64,000 nucleotides of DNA from Dehalococcoidia bacterium. GTDB lineage: Bacteria; Chloroflexota; Dehalococcoidia; Dehalococcoidales; W498. Made by a program: the position numbers and the translations under genes. Where the stretch lies: the NCBI GenBank assembly GCA_011191875.1, contig DUFC01000033.1:11793-75792 (forward strand). The letters are read 5' to 3'. This document shows positions 8,840-18,030 of the stretch, in pieces (position 1 is the stretch's first letter; every line of letters starts with the position of its first letter). Under the pieces are notes generated by a model. The model did no database searches, was not told the origin of the DNA, and saw only the letters and a program-made list of their open reading frames with translations.

Positions 8840-9610
8840 ATGAAGAAATCATTTATTATATATATGGTTTCATTCCCTTTGACACTATGTGCTCTGCTAG
8901 TAAGCTGTCAGCAATCTGCACCAGCTAGTACAGCAAACGAGATAGCACAGGAAGCAATTGAAGCCATAGCTGAGCTCGACACCTACCAATTTAATATTGA
9001 TAGAATTATTACAATTACTAATGAAGAGGGACAAGCGTCCTATGTATGGGATATATACGGTGCTGTTGATGAGATTGAGAAAGAGATACACCACACTATG
9101 CAAATCAGAGGTAAAGAGGCTTCTGGATATTCTGTGGAATACAACCATGAGGAATATATGGTGGGTAATTGGTTATATGAGAAATTCGACGACGACCCTT
9201 GGAGTAAATCCCAGTCAGAGCATTATTGGCATAATCGCGATTATGCCAGTCAGCAGCTCGATTTACTAACCACCCTTATTCCAGTAGAACTTATCGGTAT
9301 CGATACAGTCGACGGAGTAGATTGCTACAAAGTGCAACTCCAGCCGGACAAGGTGAGTCTCTGGTCATGGATTACATTACAAGGATGGGGTCAGGTACTG
9401 GAGGGACATCAACAAGAGCTGACTGGAGACATCGTAAGTGACTACTCTATTTTCCAGTGGATTACCAAGGATGCATATTTCCTCATCAAGAGCGTGGTAG
9501 ATGTTGCTTTTAAAGTCAATTCAGACACCATAGTTTACACTGAAACCGTATTGTTACATCATTTAAACGAGCCAGTCAGTATAGAATTGTCAACCGAGGC
9601 CGAACCATAA
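8840..9610 (+). CDS. hypothetical lipoprotein
   Basis: Signal peptide with lipobox LLVSC. SD AAGGAGG upstream. No family recognised with certainty. Confidence 0.7.
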   Translation: MKKSFIIYMVSFPLTLCALLVSCQQSAPASTANEIAQEAIEAIAELDTYQFNIDRIITITNEEGQASYVWDIYGAVDEIEKEIHHTMQIRGKEASGYSVEYNHEEYMVGNWLYEKFDDDPWSKSQSEHYWHNRDYASQQLDLLTTLIPVELIGIDTVDGVDCYKVQLQPDKVSLWSWITLQGWGQVLEGHQQELTGDIVSDYSIFQWITKDAYFLIKSVVDVAFKVNSDTIVYTETVLLHHLNEPVSIELSTEAEP

Positions 9611-9736
9611 TCGTTCCCTTATTGTACTTCATAACAAAAAACAAACCTATGTTATGTCCATGTAGATACCCACAATAACACACGTTGGCGTAGGTGTGGC
9701 AGTCTAGCTCAAATCCAGCCGTTGCCACTTTGTTGT

Positions 9737-10099
9737 CTACTCAAACTCATTCTTAGACAATGCAGTAAGTATAGTTGCGGTTATCCCAACAGGAAGCCCA
9801 CCCAACAGTGGGGTCGAAGCGAATATTGCAGAAATTGAGCCAGCGAGGGCTAAACCCCATATCTTTCTTTGTACTGCGAATATACCGCCTACTAAAGACA
9901 ATATTGAACAAATAGCTAGTGGAACAGCTATGCCCGTTAGAAGAGAGGGGACAAATTCAGGTATATGTTCAGTCCCAGGGATATAGAAACCCCCAGTGAT
10001 GCCAATAGCAATAAACAAACCAGCCACAGCAATTAATCCAACAGCTCCAGAGATTATGTTTAAAATACCTGCCGTTGTAGGCTTCCATGTTTTCTCCAT
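9737..10099 (-). CDS. hypothetical membrane protein (about 4 TM helices)
   Basis: 120-aa Gly/Ala/Ile-rich hydrophobic ORF. Confidence 0.55.
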   Translation of the reverse strand: MEKTWKPTTAGILNIISGAVGLIAVAGLFIAIGITGGFYIPGTEHIPEFVPSLLTGIAVPLAICSILSLVGGIFAVQRKIWGLALAGSISAIFASTPLLGGLPVGITATILTALSKNEFE

Positions 10100-10492
10100 T
10101 CATTTACTCCAGTTATAATGTGTTGAAATTTGGGTATATTTTAACACATTTACTATTGAATAACTCAAGAATTTCCATCATATATTTCGATTAGCCTTAG
10201 ATGAATAGAATGTTAGTTAAGAATCCAGCCGCTGCCAATAACTTTTTATCATGGTTGAACATTCATCACGATGTTTGTGCAGTGGTAGATAATTTGAATT
10301 CAGAAATGCTTTAGGGCAATTGGGAGCGTCTAGTAGGAAGCTGGGCGCCTTAGGTTTTCGGAACCAGGGGAGTGTAATATTAATTATTAAGCACTATTTG
10401 TCTCTTGTTAGAGACCAATCAAGGCTTATAAACCAACCAAAGAAAGTTTACCCAAGAAAGATATTAATTACTGTAATCATTATAGAATGGCT

Positions 10493-10804
10493 CTATTCAA
10501 TTCGTGTTATTTTATTACGGTGAACACTGGTCATGTAGCGGATTACCCCACGTAAGGCTTTCCAATCAAGGATTATGTGTATTATCGTTACAGCGACGAC
10601 AGCCACACAAATCCAGAAATGTATCTCCCCCCATTCCTGCTTAGTGATATTAAATAATAACGGTTGCTTCCCAGCTTGGCGTACTTCAGGGGCAAGCCAA
10701 AGGACGAGGCCTGAAAACGCTGATAAAACCCATGCGGTTATCAATGCTATGGCTGTTATTGCTCTAGTGTAAACCTTTACTTTAATTGGTCGTCTGTTTG
10801 GCAT
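10493..10804 (-). CDS. small membrane protein, DUF4405-like
   Basis: 103 aa with hydrophobic helices and a WGEIHFW...IIHIILDW pattern reminiscent of DUF4405. Confidence 0.5.
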   Translation of the reverse strand: MPNRRPIKVKVYTRAITAIALITAWVLSAFSGLVLWLAPEVRQAGKQPLLFNITKQEWGEIHFWICVAVVAVTIIHIILDWKALRGVIRYMTSVHRNKITRIE

Positions 10805-11018
10805 GGTACCCCCTTTGGAACTGGCGTAATTTGCCTTATTATACTTCTAAATGATGATATTTCAACAGGAACACAGACGTCTCGATGTTCATATGGCTAT
10901 TTAACCGCATGTTTAGTAAAAAATAGTATGGTAGGTGTATCAAAATAATCATCCTGTAATTACTACTAAAAACTGATACAATCAGGACGCATACTGTCTA
11001 GGGTAGGGGAAGGAGAAA

Positions 11019-12317
11019 TTAATAGTTAGCCGGCCTATTGTTTCTACGATTGTTAAGTGGCCGTGGACGTCGAAGAAATATTGCGCATGTGAGCCCAAGC
11101 AAGCTGACAGCAGTCACTAACATGAATGCCAGCGTGTAAGCGGTAGTAGTGTCATATATGATTCCAGCTACGACTGGTCCAATAGACTCACCTACTATGC
11201 CCACGGTTAACGCAAAGCCCATGATTTGGGCATAACTGGTACGTCCAAAATATTCTCCGACAATCGTGGGGAAAGCTACCACTATCGCTCCGCCACTGAT
11301 TCCGAAAAGAACAGCGTATAGATATATTAGGATGGGATTTCTTGTAGTCAAGAGGATGATAAATGCACATATCTGTAGTACAAAGCTAGTAATTATGAGC
11401 TTTCTCATGTTGATTCGAAGCGCTAAGGCGCCGAATCCTAATCTCCCGATGATGCCCATTCCCGATACCAAACTGTAAAGCAGTGCTGCTATTATTACAG
11501 AGAAGCCTATGTCTTTAAGATAGGCAATTTGGTGTGCCGTCATAGTCCCAAATGCATAGTAGTTTGTAGCCCCAATGAGCATGATGAGCCACAAAGCAGG
11601 TTCCCTAATGGCTTGCCTTATATGCCAGTATGTAGACTTCGCGTCACTATTACTTTTTATCAGGTCTTCCACCCTAGAGGAACTGCCTGTCTCTACTATC
11701 TTCCCATAAGGAACTTGACCCAAATCTTCAGGCATGTTTTTGATTAGTACCAAACCGCCAATCAGGACAGCAAAGGTGAGATTCATACCGCCAAATACTA
11801 TCCAGGTATTTTGCCATCCCACACTGGCAATCAACCATGCAGCAAGTGGTGGAAAAACAAAGCCTGCCAGCCCATTGACCCCAAACAGAAATCCCATACT
11901 TAATGACCTTTTATCTATGAACCAGTTATTAACGAGTGTGGTGCCGGCCAGATACATTCCGAACCCAGCTCCCAATCCAACCAAGACTCCGAAGAAGAAA
12001 TACAGGTGCCATAATTCGCTACATTGTGACATTCCAAACATTCCGAGAGCAGCAAGTGAGTTACCAAAGATAATGTTTTTTCTGGGACCAAATTTTGCAA
12101 TCGAGGCTCCTATCAATGGGCTAGTTAATCCAAAGGTCAGCAAGCCTAGAGAAAGCCCTGCTCCAACGGCAGCCCGACTCCAGCTAAGATAATCTGACAT
12201 AACAGGAAGGAACACTCCGTAGGAAAAGAAAAACGTACCGCTAGAGGTGAAAAAAACGAGCATAGCTCCCGCTAGAACAAACCATCCATAAAACGAATTG
12301 TCTCTCTGCCGCATCAC
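11019..12317 (-). CDS. MFS transporter (oxalate/formate antiporter-like)
   Basis: About 12 predicted TM helices with a central hydrophilic loop. Start is GTG 12317 or ATG 12314. Confidence 0.85.
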   Translation of the reverse strand: MMRQRDNSFYGWFVLAGAMLVFFTSSGTFFFSYGVFLPVMSDYLSWSRAAVGAGLSLGLLTFGLTSPLIGASIAKFGPRKNIIFGNSLAALGMFGMSQCSELWHLYFFFGVLVGLGAGFGMYLAGTTLVNNWFIDKRSLSMGFLFGVNGLAGFVFPPLAAWLIASVGWQNTWIVFGGMNLTFAVLIGGLVLIKNMPEDLGQVPYGKIVETGSSSRVEDLIKSNSDAKSTYWHIRQAIREPALWLIMLIGATNYYAFGTMTAHQIAYLKDIGFSVIIAALLYSLVSGMGIIGRLGFGALALRINMRKLIITSFVLQICAFIILLTTRNPILIYLYAVLFGISGGAIVVAFPTIVGEYFGRTSYAQIMGFALTVGIVGESIGPVVAGIIYDTTTAYTLAFMLVTAVSLLGLTCAIFLRRPRPLNNRRNNRPANY

Positions 12318-12641
12318 GAGTTTATCCTTATTCTTGAATGGCGCACTTGAGATTATATCACTTATGTTGCTTACATGGTCATAATGTGATAGATAGAGAC
12401 CAATAGTTTGTGATTTATTTACCTCGGTGGGCTAGACAGTTAGACTAAAAGTCACTTAAAAAGTTCTGTCTATCCTCCAGTACCGACCACTTAGTATTAA
12501 CGAGAAACCAAACAGGTCCTCATCGAATAATTACTTCCCTAACTTGGCAGGTCATCAATATTCATAGTCGGCTGGTTCGTCGTACGGTGTGCTTCTACTA
12601 CCTTTTCAAGTATATGATTATGGTGCTGGGATTTTTTATTG

Positions 12642-15053
12642 TCACTGTGGGGTTTTCTCCTCGCCTTTGGTAAAGTCTCTGAGCTTTTCAGCTAGAGTTG
12701 CCAGACGCTTTTGGACTCTATCATTAATGGAATTCGGCTCAAAGCTGCCATCTTCTAGCAATTGTCCCGCCTTTAGCCCGGTAAGTACTTCAATTCCTTC
12801 ATCAATGGTGCTTACCGGATAAATATGAAAATTCCCTGACTCAACTGCTTCCACTACCTCCTCTTTAAGCATTAAATTCCTAGCATTACTGGCAGGGATA
12901 AGAACTCCCTGTTGACCATTCAGACCCTTAGCTTTGCATACCTCAAAAAAACCTTCAATCTTTTCATTCAATCCACCAATAGCCTGCACTTCACCCTTTT
13001 GGTTAACGGAACCAGTAACAGCAATAGCTTGCTTTATCGGTACATCTGTCAGGCGAGAGAAGAGGGCGTAGAGTTCTGTACTTGAGGCGCTATCGCCTTC
13101 TATCTCCTGATAGCTTTGTTCAAATACGAGGCGAGCTGATAGAGACAATGGAATATCCCGAACATATTTTTGAGTTATATAGCCGCTTAATATCATAACT
13201 CCCTTGGTATGAAGGCGACCGCCCAACTTAGATTCTCTCTCAATGTCAATCAGTCCCTCCCTACCTACGCCGACACTGGCTGTTATTCGGGTCGGCTTGC
13301 CAAAGGAAAAATCGCCGAGGTCTATTACCTCTAGACCATTTACCTGCCCTATATTCTCTCCCGCGGTATCTATAATAATCATGCCCTTATCTATCATCTC
13401 GTTAATACGATGCTGGATGAGATTTGAGCGATATACTTTCTCTTCTATCGTCTTTTCCACGTGCCTGGCTTCTATAAGCGACGTGCCCTCCTCCCCTGCC
13501 CAGAAGTTGGCCTCACGGATAATATCGGCTATATCGGCAAATAGGGTAGACAGCTTTTCTTGGTCACCGGCTAGTCGTGAGCTATGCTCTGTGATTTTAG
13601 CCAGGGCCGGACTGGTCAGATGTTTTAGATTTTCCTCCGTGCACAACCGGCAAATAACAGATGTGTAGTTTTTCAGATTAACCTCTGTATTATCCATGCG
13701 GGTATCAAAATCAGCCTTAACCTTGAATAATTCCTTAAACTCCAAATCCAATCGCCATAACAGATAGTAAAACAATGGCTCTCCGATAACCACTACCTTA
13801 ATATCCAGCGGAATGGGTTCTGGCTTCAGGCTCTTTGTGGCTAGGGAGCCGAGCCGTTCACCTAGCTCTTCAATAACAAGCTTGCCATCGCGAAGGGTTC
13901 TTTTCAACCCATCCCAAGACTGAAAGTTTGTCAGGATATCCTCAACCCTCACCACAAAATAACCACCGTTAGCTTGGTGCAGAGAACCACCTTTAATCAT
14001 GGTAAAATCGGTAAATAAAGCTCCAAACTGGGCTTCCTTCTCAATACGACCAAGCAGATTGTTAAAAGTAGGATTCAACTCTAGAATCACTGGTGCTCTC
14101 TGTAACTCTGAGTTATCAACCAGAACATTTACCTCATATTTCCTGAAAGATTGTTTCCTGACCACCTCCTGTATGGCAGCTGAGACATCTGAATCTGATA
14201 CGCTCGGTTCTGCCCTGAACTGCTCAAAGTTCTCAATTACATCCTGCTCAACTTCATTTAGGTAATCAATCACCTGTGGAAGCTGGTTGTATTTATTATG
14301 CAGTTCTCCAAATAGGGGACTAATAGAGTAATTTGCCACATCGCGGTCAATATCTTCCAGCTGTTTCTGAACATTACGTTCCTCAGTCTTTACTTTGGCA
14401 TTTTGCTCCTGTACCTCCGTAGCTAATCCCATTCGCCTCTCTTCCAACTCCTCTTTGTCTGTGGCACTTAACTTTGTATACTCCTCCGCAGTCATTGGTT
14501 CACCGTTAGAGGCTGGTATAAGAACTAGTCCTACCGGTGTAGTTTGCAGCAGAAGCCCATTATCGATGGCCTTTTTATTAAGGGCGTGGAATACTGCCCT
14601 TTTCTTTTTGTTGAGAGACTCGGTTAATTCACTCCGCCGGTCAAAATATTCCTTACTAGTAAAGGCCTGGGCAATACTTCGGTGCACATTATCTATAGTG
14701 CGTTTCAAGTCTTTTTGTATACCTTGCCCCATGCCGGCTGGCATCTTTAATGCTCTAGGGCAATATGAATCACGAAAGTTATGTACGTAACACCAGTCGG
14801 GCGGGGTTTCCTTCTTGGCAGCCAGTGTCTCCAGAAAGGACTTGATCGCCGTAGTTCTGCCGGTTCCTGCTGGTCCTGAAACGAAAATGTTAAAGCCTAG
14901 TTTCGGGATATTGAGTCCAAATTTAAGAGCGCTGAGGGCTCTATCCTGACCAATAATGCCTTCTATAGGCTCTAACTCCTCGGTTGAATTGCATTTAAAT
15001 ACCGAGGGGTCATTCCTTTTTCTTACTTGCTCCGCAGATAGTTCATTAGCCAT
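12642..15053 (-). CDS. Lon-like (LonC-type) protease with degenerate AAA-like domain
   Basis: C-terminal S16 Lon protease domain (GDSASSTE...VTGSVNQKGEVQAIGGLNEKIEG). N-terminal P-loop GPAGTGRTT (Arg where the Walker A Lys is expected), followed by a long helical insertion. Confidence 0.8.
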   Translation of the reverse strand: MANELSAEQVRKRNDPSVFKCNSTEELEPIEGIIGQDRALSALKFGLNIPKLGFNIFVSGPAGTGRTTAIKSFLETLAAKKETPPDWCYVHNFRDSYCPRALKMPAGMGQGIQKDLKRTIDNVHRSIAQAFTSKEYFDRRSELTESLNKKKRAVFHALNKKAIDNGLLLQTTPVGLVLIPASNGEPMTAEEYTKLSATDKEELEERRMGLATEVQEQNAKVKTEERNVQKQLEDIDRDVANYSISPLFGELHNKYNQLPQVIDYLNEVEQDVIENFEQFRAEPSVSDSDVSAAIQEVVRKQSFRKYEVNVLVDNSELQRAPVILELNPTFNNLLGRIEKEAQFGALFTDFTMIKGGSLHQANGGYFVVRVEDILTNFQSWDGLKRTLRDGKLVIEELGERLGSLATKSLKPEPIPLDIKVVVIGEPLFYYLLWRLDLEFKELFKVKADFDTRMDNTEVNLKNYTSVICRLCTEENLKHLTSPALAKITEHSSRLAGDQEKLSTLFADIADIIREANFWAGEEGTSLIEARHVEKTIEEKVYRSNLIQHRINEMIDKGMIIIDTAGENIGQVNGLEVIDLGDFSFGKPTRITASVGVGREGLIDIERESKLGGRLHTKGVMILSGYITQKYVRDIPLSLSARLVFEQSYQEIEGDSASSTELYALFSRLTDVPIKQAIAVTGSVNQKGEVQAIGGLNEKIEGFFEVCKAKGLNGQQGVLIPASNARNLMLKEEVVEAVESGNFHIYPVSTIDEGIEVLTGLKAGQLLEDGSFEPNSINDRVQKRLATLAEKLRDFTKGEEKTPQ

Positions 15054-15188
15054 TGTCTACCTCCTTACTCCAGCATAAATGCATAATGCGATAAGTATTA
15101 TGTATTAAATGGCTTACAACATTCTACACTTCCTGAGCTAATATGCTCCAGGGGTTGTCTCCATAATTACCACTTCTATTTTTGCTTG

Positions 15189-15497
15189 TTATTCTTCTTT
15201 GTCCCAGTTTTGCATCATTTCCTTTAGGCGCTGGGCAAGCTTGGGCTTGGTACGCAGGCGTTCAATGAAGATAGGACAGCCCTCGAGCAACGAGTTCTGA
15301 GCAGCAGTTGCCATACTTGACAAAAGGTTTTGTATGCTGAGGTCAGCCTGTTGCGAAGTATTCATTCCCGGTGCTGATGACTCTAGCTGCCGGCGGATGT
15401 CATCAGCAGTGAACCTCATTGGCATCACACAGGATTTATACCACGGGCACTCCTTGCACTGGACTACTGCATATGCTTCATCTAAAACATCACTCAT
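15189..15497 (-). CDS. hypothetical Cys-containing small protein
   Basis: 102-aa ORF with CKECPWYKSC and GCP motifs and a strong SD (GAGGAGG). Lies downstream of tlpA/ccdA on the same strand. Confidence 0.55.
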   Translation of the reverse strand: MSDVLDEAYAVVQCKECPWYKSCVMPMRFTADDIRRQLESSAPGMNTSQQADLSIQNLLSSMATAAQNSLLEGCPIFIERLRTKPKLAQRLKEMMQNWDKEE

Positions 15498-15526
15498 GTC
15501 TAACCTCCTCTTAACAAATGTATTAA

Positions 15527-16036
15527 CTATGGCATAATTTTACTAAGTCTACTCTCTATTTCAGCCACACTAAGAAAAGCACCAACCTTCAAATCTTGAA
15601 TAATACCATCTTTATCAATAAAGAAGGTGGTAGGGAGGCCTACGATATTGTAATTTTGGGTTATGCTCCCTCTTGTATCCAGTAGCACTGGAAAGGAAAA
15701 ACCCTGGCTTTGCATAAACTCCCCCACTTGGGAAGCGCTATCACCATTATTAATAGCCAGAAACACCAGTCCATTGCCTGACCATTCAGTATACACTTGT
15801 TGTAGATAGGGCATTTCCACACGGCAAGGGGAACACCACGTTGCCCAGAAGTTAATTAACACTGGTTTACCCCGAAGGTCACTGAGGGAAACAGATTGTC
15901 CATCGGTATCCTGATAGTGGAAGTCAGGGGCTGGCTTACCTATCACAGGGTTTTGATTGGTCCCCGTGGAGCAACTGGCTACAAATAGCCCTGAGACCAT
16001 CATTAGTAGCAGTGTTACTTTTAGAATTTTATTCAT
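15527..16036 (-). CDS. TlpA/ResA-family thiol-disulfide oxidoreductase (lipoprotein)
   Basis: Signal peptide with Cys, thioredoxin motif WATWCSPC. Confidence 0.85.
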   Translation of the reverse strand: MNKILKVTLLLMMVSGLFVASCSTGTNQNPVIGKPAPDFHYQDTDGQSVSLSDLRGKPVLINFWATWCSPCRVEMPYLQQVYTEWSGNGLVFLAINNGDSASQVGEFMQSQGFSFPVLLDTRGSITQNYNIVGLPTTFFIDKDGIIQDLKVGAFLSVAEIESRLSKIMP

Positions 16037-16083
16037 AATTAACCACCAAGCATAATTCTACCTCTAAATTATATATGAAACAA

Positions 16084-16134
16084 AGTCAGATTATTAGTAA
16101 AGTCAGATTATTAGTAAAGTCAGATTATTAGTTA
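16084..16134. repeat. 17-bp tandem repeat x3 (AGTCAGATTATTAGTAA)
   Basis: Units at 16084-16100, 16101-16117 and 16118-16134 (last unit has 1 mismatch). It overlaps the ccdA stop and encodes its last residues. Confidence 0.9.
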
Positions 16135-16789
16135 GGATAAGTATACCTACGGCTATAAGCAGCGCGCCACTGACAATATAGACTACACGGGAATAACGGT
16201 TGATACGCTTTATTAAGGGGGTCATAGAATCAAAGGCGGCTCCTATTATTAGGAAAGGAAGCCCCAGTCCCAAAGAATAGATAGCTAGCAGGTAAGCACC
16301 GCTCCGGGCTGTCTCAGAAGCCCCAGCAAGAGTCAAGATGCTTCCTAGTAACGGACCAGTGCAAGGAATCCAGGCTATGGGGAAAATAGCTCCGATTATA
16401 AAAGAGCGCAGGTAACCGGTAGTATTGCCCGGTGAGGCAGATAGACGCTTTTCATAATTTAACCAAGGAATTTTCAGAGCAGCCAACATGAACAAGCCAA
16501 AGGCTATTAGCAAGCTACCAGCTATATTACGCATTAACCCTAGATGAGGTCCGATGGTAAATCCTAGCAGACCAGCACTGACTCCCATAAAAATAAAGAC
16601 TATGGAAAACCCGATAACAAAGCTAAGCGAATGAAGGAATATGGGGAGACGGCTTCTATTTATTTTAGCCTCAAATATTTCAGGCCCAGCAAGGCTAGCG
16701 AGATATACTGGTACTAGAGGCAGCACGCAGGGTGAAAAGAAAGATAACAACCCGGCGATGAAGGCGCTTAAAAAGGATATGTTTTCCAT
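16103..16789 (-). CDS. ccdA: cytochrome c biogenesis protein CcdA (DsbD-family thiol-disulfide transporter)
   Basis: Six TM helices with conserved FSPCVLP and WIPCTGP motifs. Confidence 0.85.
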   Translation of the reverse strand: MENISFLSAFIAGLLSFFSPCVLPLVPVYLASLAGPEIFEAKINRSRLPIFLHSLSFVIGFSIVFIFMGVSAGLLGFTIGPHLGLMRNIAGSLLIAFGLFMLAALKIPWLNYEKRLSASPGNTTGYLRSFIIGAIFPIAWIPCTGPLLGSILTLAGASETARSGAYLLAIYSLGLGLPFLIIGAAFDSMTPLIKRINRYSRVVYIVSGALLIAVGILILTNNLTLLII

Positions 16790-16912
16790 TACCTACCTTT
16801 AACAATAACCTTAATATTAATCAGTTTGATTCAAAATATCAAGTTAATCAGCATTTGATAATTAGCTTGCGTTTTCTCTTCAATTTTGATATACAAAATA
16901 AGAGGAGAACTA

Positions 16913-17653
16913 ATGAACATCTACCACATTGCCTATGCCCCAATGATTAAAAGCGTTCACCTTTACTTGTGGGGATGCAATTTGAACTGCCGGGGTTGTG
17001 TGCTGAAGAAAGAGATATATGACCCCCACTTGGAGGAGACCAAAGATGCTCTCTTCAAAGAAGAAAGGAAAACTGCTCAAACACCACAAAGTTTTTTGGA
17101 TTTAGAACAAGCTATGGAAATTTTGGGAGGGTTGGAGGTAAAGACAGTTATTTTCACCGGGGCTGAGCCTAGCCTCGACCCCCAGTTGCCTCAACTGGCT
17201 GAGTTCCTACACAGGGAATTCAGGAGCTGTAATATTCTCTTTACCAATGGGTTCAACCTCACTGACCTTGAGCACATAGATAAGGTGGTGTTCGGTATAC
17301 CAGCTGTTACCGATAGTCTCTATCGTCATTACACAGGGAAATCCAATAACACAGTCCTGAACAACTTTGTCAGGCTCAATCAGTCAGGCACAAAGTTAGG
17401 AGTCCAGAGTATTTATATTCCTGAATATATTGACTCTTTGGAAATTGAGAACATCGCTAAATTCATCGCTGAGGTAGATGAAGGCATCCCTTATATTATA
17501 AATGCCTATATCCCGGTTGGTGGTAACCCATGGCGGCAACCCACTGCCGAAGAGGTGGAAGAGGCAGCCACCAGAGCGAAAAGGCATCTGCTTAATGTCT
17601 CCTATTTAGCAGGGAGCGCAGAGGTGAAATTTGAGGTGTTGAGGGTTTTTTGA
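16913..17653 (+). CDS. radical SAM protein (function unknown)
   Basis: CNLNCRGC (CX3CX2C) near the N-terminus. ATG 16913 follows AGAGGAG. The track TTG 16886 is less likely. Confidence 0.8.
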   Translation: MNIYHIAYAPMIKSVHLYLWGCNLNCRGCVLKKEIYDPHLEETKDALFKEERKTAQTPQSFLDLEQAMEILGGLEVKTVIFTGAEPSLDPQLPQLAEFLHREFRSCNILFTNGFNLTDLEHIDKVVFGIPAVTDSLYRHYTGKSNNTVLNNFVRLNQSGTKLGVQSIYIPEYIDSLEIENIAKFIAEVDEGIPYIINAYIPVGGNPWRQPTAEEVEEAATRAKRHLLNVSYLAGSAEVKFEVLRVF

Positions 17654-17731
17654 TTATGAGCCTTGTGTCAACTTGAACTATCTTTTGTGGAGCAAGCCAT
17701 AATCGAAGCTTGGTTCACTAGAAAATATGGT

Positions 17732-17760
17732 TTGACTTTTCCTCTCAATTCTAATATACT
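17732..17760 (+). promoter_or_regulatory. putative promoter (TTGACT-17-TATACT) of the riboswitch-controlled cobamide operon
   Basis: -35 at 17732-17737, 17-nt spacer, -10 at 17755-17760. Confidence 0.45.
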
Positions 17761-17799
17761 AAAATAAAGTTGAATAAACTAATAGATAATTGAATAAGT

Positions 17800-17925
17800 A
17801 GCCTAGAGGTGCCTGAACGCGAGTGAAGGTATAAGTGGAGAGCAAATCGGTGAAAATCCGGGGCGGCCGCGCCACTGTGACTGATGAATAAAACCGTCAG
17901 AAGCCAGAACGCCAGCCTCTAAGTA
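17800..17925 (+). promoter_or_regulatory. cobalamin (B12) riboswitch aptamer
   Basis: Conserved elements AGGTGCC, GGTGAAAATCC, GCCACTG and a B12-box-like GTCAGAAGCCAGAACGCC. P1 pairs TAGAGG with CCTCTA. Lies upstream of a btuF-like gene. Confidence 0.8.
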
Positions 17926-17977
17926 TCCTACATTACTCCGCGGGGGAGGGGTAGGATGTTTTATTGGATTCTATTTA

Positions 17978-18003
17978 CCCTCACCTCCAGGTGAGGTTTT
18001 TTT
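17978..18003 (+). terminator. intrinsic terminator (riboswitch expression platform)
   Basis: CCCTCACC-tcca-GGTGAGG followed by T7. It is preceded by a second hairpin, ATCCTAC...GTAGGAT, at 17925-17957. Confidence 0.75.
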
Positions 18004-18030
18004 GTTCAATTTTGTAACAGAGGTGAAAAA

